Shown here one piece after another: positions 1 through 7,501 of a DNA stretch of 9,745 bases. Every line of letters starts with the position of its first letter. Position 1 is the stretch's first letter. A program made the translations under genes and the position numbers. Source of the DNA: Amoebophrya sp. A120 (taxonomy: Eukaryota; Protista; Dinoflagellata); contig CAJINV010000025.1 in assembly GCA_905178155.1 (NCBI GenBank), forward strand, positions 84,685-94,429, read 5' to 3'. The notes beneath the pieces were generated by a model. That model worked only from the letters and a program-made list of their open reading frames with translations. It did not search any database and was not told the DNA's origin.

Positions 1-222
1 CGCCAGAGGATCCTCGGGTCCTCTGACGGGTCCTCTGGCGGGTCCTCTGGTCAAACCGGGGTCGTACCACCGGGGGAAGCCCTTCGGAGGTGGCCCAAAT
101 TGGGCCAGAGGACCCGCCAGAGGATCCTCGGGTCCTCTGACGGGTCCTCTGGGAAATCTTCCGGCCAAACCGGGATCGCACCACCGGCGGAAGGTCCTCC
201 GAGGCGGCCCAAGTTAGGCCAG
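1..222. repeat. GC-rich 114-bp tandem repeat (2 copies visible, truncated by window start) built from direct and inverted 12-bp CGGGTCCTCTGG subunits
   Basis: cgccagaggatcctcgggtcctctgacgggtcctctgg starts at both 1 and 115, and similarity continues to ~222. The 12-mer occurs x3 at 15-50 and its reverse complement CCAGAGGACCCG at 105-116. Confidence 0.92.
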
Positions 223-407
223 GCGAAAATGTGCGCCGGTTTGCCGGGGCCGCCAGGTTGCTCGCAGTCCGCAGCCGAGTGTGGTGATTTGGGCACACGA
301 GACGCCAACACAGACGCGGCGCGGTTGTGCACACAAACAGCAGCGGAGTCCATGCGCGCGCCGCGTTTTCGGTTGCATTGCAACACACTTTGGCACGAGC
401 TAAGCCG

Positions 408-427
408 AAGGTTTCCCGGGAAACCTT
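408..427. repeat. Perfect 20-bp palindrome AAGGTTTCCCGGGAAACCTT
   Basis: Read directly: AAGGTTTCCC is the reverse complement of GGGAAACCTT, with no spacer. Confidence 0.95.
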
Positions 428-947
428 AAACGACCCTGCCCGAGCGGAGTCCATTGATTTCTAGGTCTCACAGCGTCACTTTCTCGTTGCTTTTGTCTTT
501 TGTTCGCTGTGCGCTTTGCACAAATAAGGGCGAGAGACACGAAAAAATAGCAGCATGAGCAGAGAGATGGTTTCGTGAAAAACGACAAAGTTGTTGAGTG
601 AAAATTATCGGAAAAACGTAGCTTATCCCAGGTTTCCTCGATGACAAAAAGTTGATCCAGTGCTTCGTCGTTCGTCGGCACCACAACTCGATGGCCAACA
701 TCGACGGCAGATATTGCGCAACAGTATTGTCGCCGTGTTAAGAAGCGCTTTTATCTTATGCGCGCACACCGACCACTGCATTGGTAGTTCACCTCCTCTT
801 TAGTAAAATTTTTTTGTACTTCTACTCCAGCTTCCTCGGGAGAAAGTCTCCGTGCTATTGAATACTTCACTCTAGTTTTGCTGTTGCTTTATCCGAGACA
901 TGAAGAAACGACTCTGACCCAGATCCACGACGCCCAAATCGCCCGAC

Positions 948-2758
948 ATGTTCCGCGCTCTATTACAGCAACTCAAAACCGCCGGGCGAGCGCTGCAATA
1001 CCGAGTTTGGATGCGGCGAGGAGAACCTGGGAGTTGTGATCTATCGGATTCCGGTTCATCCGAGTCGCTGTCTGCGGAAAGCAGCGTTCGTGTCGACGAA
1101 GCCATTGTCGTCACATGGTGGGAGAGGATAGCAAGCCAGGCGATGAAGCGAATGCGGCGCAAGCGGGTTAGCGTTCCCTCTCTGGAAAGCATCGAGGGCT
1201 GGGCAACACTCGCCGTGCGGCTTTTGAGGAGAAGCCTGATCTCGGGCGAAGAATCCGAAGACGCGCAAAAAGTGGCAGATGATGCGGATTTGTGGCGCTG
1301 GCTACAACGAGAGCTTTACCCGATTGACTTCACGGACGCGTCGGGCGAGGTGCTCGCGGAAGGTACCTCCTATACGGAAATTAAGACACAGTAAAATAGA
1401 CGTATTTATTTTTATACTGGTGTTATTTGTGTTGGTTCTGGTTGCGGAACACGAATATGTCTACGTTTTCTTGGCATGCACGATAGTTAGCGGAAGCGTA
1501 GTCGTGAACGGACCACTGAATCGAAAATTTCATCCACCTGTGAGGTGCATGCGTGCCAGCATCCTCGTTCAATAGGGAAGACTACGGAAGTGAATTTCTC
1601 CACCGAGCTAGACAAAAGTCGTCGCAGCCAGTGCCACAAGAGTGCTACGACATGCTCAGGAGCCCGGATTACAGCCCGCTGCCGCACGTAGATGCAACTA
1701 ACACAGTCCCGAATACCACGGGCGTGCCGCTACGATACCGTGTACTGTGTCGATTTCCGGTTCACGCACAAGCCGGACCAAATCAGGAAGCGCGCGGGCG
1801 GGTCAGTGCAGAAGCAGATGAACTAGGTGCGCCAATCTGGGCCCGCATTCGCGAAATCGATCGAGCTACGGAGAATCTTGACCTAGATGATGAAGTGCCG
1901 GAGCGTTCGGCGTTAGAGCACGAATGGTGGGACCTGTGCGCGGAGCACTGCCGGGGCACGTACATCGAGAGTAGGGAAATCCTGGAAGTGCGACTGTACT
2001 CGACCGGTGTGCTGTTCGCTTTTCTCAACGACACCTTTTTGGGAAGCGCATTGCACTTCCGCGCGATGACGGGGCCGCACTACGGATATCGATGTCCCTG
2101 GCGACGCACTGCGTGGGATCCGGAGAAGCGGACTTGGACCTTCTCCCTCCTCGATTTCCCACCAACGCAGGAGACGTTTCATTTGATGTCCTGGGACAGC
2201 GACGTATACAACTTCGAGGATTTTTATGCATATTGCCCGTTCGAGGTGCCGCCTGACGATAGGCCGTTTTACAATCACTTTGTCCTGAAAGCGCAAGAAG
2301 ACACGCTCCTGCGCTGCCAGTACTACGCGTCCTTGCCGATCGCGCAGCGGCTCTGGGCGGTTCTGACTCGCGACGAGATGGCACCTGCCAAAATTTTGGT
2401 TTTTTTGGACCCCGACGACGAGAGCGAGACATCAGCCCGCGTCCCGTCGCTCGTGCCCGCCCGCACGAAAGAAGACAAGCGGCGCACCTACAACATGCTC
2501 AAGAAGCTGTGTGAGACGTACCCAGCGTTCAATGTGGTTCGCTACGCGCTGGAGGAGAACGCCGACAGCCTGGTTTATGAAGCACTGAGGAGCGGCAAGG
2601 AAGAGGCGCCGACGGAGGTCGTGGTGTTGATCCCCCGGAGCGACCTGCCTGTCAACAACTGGGCATACCTATGCATCACAAACATATCTCGGTCTAGGAG
2701 GGTGCAAGGCTTGTCATATCTTTGTTTAATAAACTACACGACCTTAATAAAAGTCTGA
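948..2758 (+). CDS. Uncharacterised protein, paralog A; two exons (948-1362 joined to 1545-2758 or 1560-2758), ~537-542 aa
   Basis: ORFs 948-1394 and 1553-2758 align colinearly with the N- and C-terminal parts of ORF 4633-6522 (MFRALLQ/MLRATLQ, GWATL, YPIDFTDASGE/YPVDFTNASGE, PQECYDML, SPLPHVD, LLRCQ, VRYALE, NNWAYL). Phase-1 donor AG|GTACCT at 1363; in-frame AG acceptors end at 1544 and 1559; gacATG start context. Confidence 0.85.
1363..1559 (+). other. Spliceosomal intron of paralog A (phase 1; 3' end at 1544 GAG or 1559 CAG)
   Basis: GT donor at the same Gly codon as in paralog B; AT-richer stop-containing interval separating two homologous coding blocks. The exact acceptor is ambiguous. 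Confidence 0.75.
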
Positions 2759-2815
2759 GATCATGCCTGGGCATGACAGGCCCCTCCGGCCCGTCTTGCA
2801 ACTACGGAGTCTGCC

Positions 2816-3530
2816 ATGAGCAGTACGCGAAAAGGCATAGCAGCGGAAAAACTTCTCATGCGTGACTGCGTATTGTAGTGCATGTGCATCCACCATTGAC
2901 GACATACCTACTAGCATTGCAACTTTCCAGAGCCAGACACTTCTGCACTTGATAATACCCCGATGCAGATGAGGAGATGGAGGCCGCCGCGGACGGGAAC
3001 GAGGAGGGAGAATCCGAGGAAACGGATGACGAGGCAGTATCCCATGCAAGAGGAGTATGTATCGGGTGTGCAGGCTGCGTTCATGTGGAGCATGCATCGA
3101 TTTGATGGCGCACCTGTGTTTCATATTAATTTCAGAAAAAACTACAAGCACAAGAACCGGTAGGTATAAACAGCCTGAAAGCAGTACTAGTCACACACTA
3201 ACAAGATACGTCATTTGCGATGCATAGCAAGAGCAGGACGATGAGGACGACGATAGAGAGTCCGTTAGCGGGGAAGAGGATGAAGAAGAAGAGGGAGACT
3301 TCGTCCACGACAGCCTCGAGAGAACACCTCCGACAGCAGGGCCGGCAAGAACAGGCACCCCCCGCGCCGCGGAGAAGAGCACTGGAGTACCAGCCAGGTT
3401 CACGTTGAGGGAACTTTGCTTCTGCAGTTTTATGTGTTGCAAATATGCAGCCACGGTTGTCGAGATGGAAAGCCGAGCCGTTGGGGCGGTTCATTGTTCT
3501 AAAACTAAATTTGCTGCAAGTACAACGTAA
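2816..3530 (+). CDS. Probable 4-exon gene (or gene relic) for a ~152-aa acidic low-complexity protein; exons 2816-2861, 2969-3054, 3136-3159, 3228-3530
   Basis: Phase-compatible GT-AG introns: GTGACT..TGCAG (2862-2968), GTATGT..TTTCAG (3055-3135), GTAGGT..CACTAAC..CATAG (3160-3227). The joined frame reads MSSTRKGIAAEKLLMHEEMEAAADGNEEGESEETDDEAVSHARG-KKLQAQEP-QEQDDEDDDRESVSGEEDEEEEGDF... The first exon and the 3' end are less certain than the internal exons. Confidence 0.5.
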
Positions 3531-3791
3531 AATAACAGGATTGCAATGTAATTGTAAAGTCCATCAACGCTTTCTCTCCCGAGGACCGTGGCATGTTTGC
3601 AGAGGATATGCATAACGTGTTTTGTTTGCGGTTGCTGGGTCGGGTGGATTGTGGCTGCGTGCATGTTTCACCCGGGCATTTCAAGTACCACTGATGGTCC
3701 AGCGTACGGACGGCACGAGATGAACGTTGGAAGCCGAGCGACGATTTCGGAGACGCCGCTGCAGCGTGACCATGATGCGGAGGGCGCAACA

Positions 3792-3878
3792 AGGTCGGGA
3801 CGAGCAGGTGTCGCGATACCGGGGTCAGCGGAAACGATGGTAGTCATTCCTGCGAGCAGTCTACCGACCAACAACTGA
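3792..3878 (+). pseudogene. Degenerate C-terminal remnant of a third paralog of the A/B family
   Basis: RSG...SAETMVVIPASSLPTNN* matches B (RSG...SAEVLVLIPDNGLPINNW) and A (RSG...TEVVVLIPRSDLPVNNW). The TGA at 3876-3878 sits exactly at the conserved Trp (TGG). Confidence 0.7.
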
Positions 3879-4087
3879 AAGTGCTACGCCACCAAGGGAT
3901 GCGGACGCCGGAGCAAAGGAGAAATCGAAAATGAAAGTATCACGGTCAGTCCTAGCAGAACTGCAACTGTATGATGAAGACTAGTCGAGACCTATTGTGA
4001 CACTGAGGATCTTTTTGAAGCAGAAGCTCGAGCCGGTAGAAAGTAAAAATGAACAATGCGTCGGCATTGCAGAACCAACCCCCAGCA

Positions 4088-4152
4088 CCGGCTTTTCTTG
4101 TATGATGAAACAAAATTATAAAATGTGCCGGCTCTTGTATGATGAAAAAAAA
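4088..4152. repeat. Short imperfect direct repeat CCGGCT(TTT)CTTGTATGATGAAA
   Basis: TCTTGTATGATGAAA is identical at 4096-4110 and 4133-4147, with CCGGCT at 4088 and 4128. Confidence 0.8.
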
Positions 4153-4632
4153 AACTTCAGCTTTTGATGCTCCTCTTCCTCGACCATGCAGACCTACTTT
4201 TGAATCTGCAACTCCTCGCGCAATCAGAAGTAGCACGCCCCCGCGCCACAAGGAGGCCAAACTGCTGCATATCACTATTTTCTCATGTTGTGTAGTCGCT
4301 GTCGCTGAGAGAAGATAAGTTCGAGATTTGAGCACGAAGTACTCGTCGCTGCAGCTGCTCGAAAAAAACTTTTTTCGACGGGATAAGAAAGTAGTTTCTT
4401 GTCTTTACTTAAGTACTTACCTCGCATCGTAAGATAAACAGCATGTACTGAGCAGACTTCTGCACTCGGGGCTTCATTGATGGACTTAGATATAGATTTT
4501 ACTGGTGTAAAAGTGAAAATTGTTATGTTATACCCAGTACTTAGTCTTACTGTGAGTGAGCTGTTTTTTTCTTCTTGTTTGGTTTAGGCGGAGGTACAGC
4601 TTCCTTCGAACACGGCCTAATTTTCGCGCACC

Positions 4633-6522
4633 ATGCTGCGTGCCACATTGCAGAAAATTGAAGGAGCCTGGGCAGCGCTGCGGCGCGGACCCCGTGAGCG
4701 CCGACTGACCGGTGAAGACGAGCGATCGGAGGACAGCGACTACGGTTCGGCAACCGAGAGTGGGGACGAATCAGACCAGACCGGGTCGAAAGTCGACAGC
4801 GAGGACCAGTTCGAGACCGGCCCCGTTGGTGCAGAAATCGAAAATACGGCTGGATCCATGTTGTCCGAGTCGGGAGACGGCGGTGAGGACGGGCCGGAGC
4901 CCGAATCCGGATCGGGAAGCAAAAATGGCGAGGCGAAAATAGCTGCAATTGCCGCACGTCGGGACGAAGCGGAAACGAGTGGGCGCCTGGCGGTGGAACG
5001 CCTGAAGTGGGGACCGAGTCCGATCGCTGCAAATAAGAGGACGTCGCTGAAGGTCATCGCAGGATGGGCCACTCTGCGACGAAAAATGATCCTGGATAAC
5101 AATGCTGCCAATACTGCGGGCTCTGCAGGAGAGGACGAGGCTACTGGCTATCCAGTGGATTTCACGAATGCTTCTGGAGAGCTGCTGCTCAGGGGTAAGT
5201 ACAATTTTTTTTTCACACTGATGAAACGCATGATGGAATCTAGTCCCTCCAGTAGTTGCATGTGTCACTACTTGTACTTTGGGTTTCAGTTCGATGAAAA
5301 TAAAAACACAGGCTTCACCGGACCGAACGCGGTGACCGAGGAGTACAAGCGCGAGTTTCTGCACCGCGCCACACGAGGCTCGCTGCAGCCTCTGCCGCAA
5401 GAGTGCTACGACATGCTGAACAGCCCGGAGCACAGTCCGCTGCCGCACGTGGACAGCAGCACGAACGTTCCGAACACCAGTACTGGAGCTCCGCTGCGAT
5501 ACCGTGTGATGTGTCGGTTTTTCGTCACGCCAAATCCTGAACGCCATGTGTTTGACGAGAGGCAACGGCTGATAAAGGAAGCATTGGAAGCGCTAAACCT
5601 GGACGAGAGGTATGCCGAGGACATTCGTGCTCTTCGGCGCAGCTGCACTGGCCGAGTCGGGCACCTGTACGAAAAAGCGTTCGGTTGTGATGTGCCAGAA
5701 CTCTTGGCCTCCTGGATGGGCGGTCGCGACTACGAGTGGGGCAGAGACGATCTTCTGTTGGAGAAGATGGAGAACGAGTGGGACTGCCGCGCAATGAAGA
5801 AGCGCGAATTTAAGAATACACTGGAGGTGCGCTTCTATTCGAGCGGCGAACTGCTCGCTTTCCTCGACGACGTCCTTCTGGGTAACGCACTCCACTTCCA
5901 CACAACTGAGATCGAATATGATCCGCTTGTGGAATACGAGATCCAGAAGCACTGGCGAGAGTGGACATTTTCTCTCATCGATTGGCCACCCGCGCCGGAA
6001 CAGATTCGCCTACTCGCCAACGACATCGACAGGTATGAGACACTTCCCAACTATTGCCCCGCCGCCGCCTGCACAGAGGCCAACTGGCTTCTGTACTTGG
6101 ATTCGAAAGCAGAGGCGCTGTTGCGTTGCCAATTCGTCGCTTCGCTGCCGGTCGCCCAACGCTTGTGGACGGTGCTGACCTGCGAAGAGATGGTCCCCAT
6201 CAGGCAGTGGAGCTCACCCGGCGAGGATGGCGCTATCGAACAATGCACCGCGGTGCCACTCTCGCCAGCCCGCACGGCGGAGGAGAAGAAGCGCACACAC
6301 AACCTGCTCCGGCATCTCTGCGACACCTACTCAACCTTCAACACGGTGCGGTACGCACTGGAGGACAACAGCGAGATGCTCATCTTCGAACCTTCGCGGA
6401 GCGGGGCAGCGGAAGACGTGGAAGGTGACGCAGAAGCGGATTCGGCCGAGGTCTTGGTGCTGATTCCTGACAACGGCCTACCCATCAACAACTGGGCTTA
6501 CCTAGTCCCCGGCGCAGCGTGA
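4633..6522 (+). CDS. Uncharacterised protein, paralog B; probably two exons (4633-5194, 5312-6522), ~590 aa (629 aa if unspliced); acidic Ser/Gly-rich N-terminal region
   Basis: 629-codon ORF with accATG context and extensive protein similarity to paralog A, including many third-position differences. It contains a consensus G|GTAAGT donor at 5195. Confidence 0.9.
   Translation: MLRATLQKIEGAWAALRRGPRERRLTGEDERSEDSDYGSATESGDESDQTGSKVDSEDQFETGPVGAEIENTAGSMLSESGDGGEDGPEPESGSGSKNGEAKIAAIAARRDEAETSGRLAVERLKWGPSPIAANKRTSLKVIAGWATLRRKMILDNNAANTAGSAGEDEATGYPVDFTNASGELLLRGKYNFFFTLMKRMMESSPSSSCMCHYLYFGFQFDENKNTGFTGPNAVTEEYKREFLHRATRGSLQPLPQECYDMLNSPEHSPLPHVDSSTNVPNTSTGAPLRYRVMCRFFVTPNPERHVFDERQRLIKEALEALNLDERYAEDIRALRRSCTGRVGHLYEKAFGCDVPELLASWMGGRDYEWGRDDLLLEKMENEWDCRAMKKREFKNTLEVRFYSSGELLAFLDDVLLGNALHFHTTEIEYDPLVEYEIQKHWREWTFSLIDWPPAPEQIRLLANDIDRYETLPNYCPAAACTEANWLLYLDSKAEALLRCQFVASLPVAQRLWTVLTCEEMVPIRQWSSPGEDGAIEQCTAVPLSPARTAEEKKRTHNLLRHLCDTYSTFNTVRYALEDNSEMLIFEPSRSGAAEDVEGDAEADSAEVLVLIPDNGLPINNWAYLVPGAA
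5195..5311 (+). other. Stop-free, in-frame 117-nt intron of paralog B (phase 1)
   Basis: GTAAGT donor, AT-rich body with a T run, CAG ending at 5311 that restores the frame (G|GC Gly). Same position as the paralog A intron; the 39 encoded residues have no counterpart in A. Confidence 0.75.
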
Positions 6523-6583
6523 AACTGTGAAAAAATGGTGTGAACAAGAAGGGAACCGGAAACAGAAGGTTGACGAAGATGAT

Positions 6584-6596
6584 TGTAAATTTGTAA
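6584..6596 (+). promoter_or_regulatory. Candidate polyadenylation signal (tandem TGTAA) downstream of paralog B
   Basis: TGTAAATTTGTAA lies ~60 nt after the stop. A similar tandem TGTAATTGTAA follows the 3530 stop. Confidence 0.35.
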
Positions 6597-7257
6597 ATAA
6601 TAGTACGAAAATAATCTACGCAGCTGTCATTGCGGCGAAAACAAAAGATGAAAAACGTGGACTACAGCCAATAAGGATGGGCGTTTGGCGATGATTGCTG
6701 CGGGGAACGCAAAAAGGTGCAATTTGCGTAGCTAAGGTGACTAGAACAAGAAGACCCCAATTTGAACTGATGGGGGAACTAGATCACACTTGAGAATATT
6801 TTTGACATGTGCGCGTACGGCGCACCAGCGTTGGCGTTGTCCTGTACCTTTGCACGCAGCTGTTGTTTGCGCGAAAAAAATCAAATATGAAAGCGGCTGA
6901 GCGAGAGCGACTCCACCAAACCGGAAAGCGGGCAGAGAAAAAGAACACTTCATCAAAGTATTTACGCGCCTTGGTTTGTCGCGCAACCAAGTACCGAGAA
7001 GCACATGATGAAGATTCCGCTCCGTCTAATCCCTCACGCTGCCGTTGTGTGTCATTGCAGTATCATGACGATCAGGGTACAGAAAGGAAAAGTGCGAAGC
7101 TATCGACGTCATGACCCTCAGTTATATTCGTTTCCATGATGATTTTTTAGGGACCACACCAACAACCAGCCTTGGAGCGTGCTGCAAAAGCGGTTTTATC
7201 TAAGCCTCTTGGGGGTTGGCGACATTTTCCATCTGATGCAGTCCATGCACACCGTCA

Positions 7258-7450
7258 CCGCCCCGACTCGAATCAATTTAGAGGCGATGGCTTTCGTGCT
7301 TTTCTCTTTTAGAGAAGAAGGCTGGATTTAGTACAGACCACGCATGCCGCGGCCGCCCCGACTCGAAGTAGTACAGGGGTGCCGGTTTTTGTGCTCTTTT
7401 TCGGGGAAGAAGGTCGGGCTTGGTTTTGGATTTAAAACAGGCTTGCCGCG
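7258..7450. repeat. Diverged ~95-bp tandem duplication adjoining the satellite
   Basis: CCGCCCCGACTCGAA at 7258-7272 and 7353-7367, each followed in order by GTGCT-T-rich, GAAGAAGG, TGGATTTA, ACAG and TGCCGCG. Confidence 0.85.
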
Positions 7451-7501
7451 CTTGTTCTTTTTTCTGCTTTTGGTGTTCGTTGATTCATTCCTTTCTTCAC
7501 T

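Noticed and set aside
1-429. Open frame through the 114-bp repeat (38-aa repeat; ORFs 100-429 + and 51-386 -)
   Set aside because: Differences between the two copies are mostly non-synonymous in the + frame, and GC-rich palindromic DNA is stop-poor on both strands.
2963-3408. Arg-rich ORFs 2963-3163 and 3220-3408
   Set aside because: Off-frame readings of GAR/GAY-rich acidic exons; the acidic frame is the one consistent with splice phases.
4330-4555. Cluster of AGTACT/TACT words and the TACTTAAGTA palindrome upstream of paralog B
   Set aside because: Short motifs in AT-rich DNA; cannot be distinguished from compositional bias without statistics.
4547-6463. Many antisense and alternate-frame ORFs over paralog B (likewise over paralog A)
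   Set aside because: Shadow ORFs of GC-rich coding sequence; conservation between paralogs is in the main + frame.
6741-7114. ORFs 6809-7114 + and 6741-7004 -
   Set aside because: Short, no recognisable motif, no ATG start in good context and no paralog support.
7258-7367. TTCGAGTC on the - strand as a tRNA/SINE B box
   Set aside because: Lacks the preceding G of GTTCRA; no A box or cloverleaf found.
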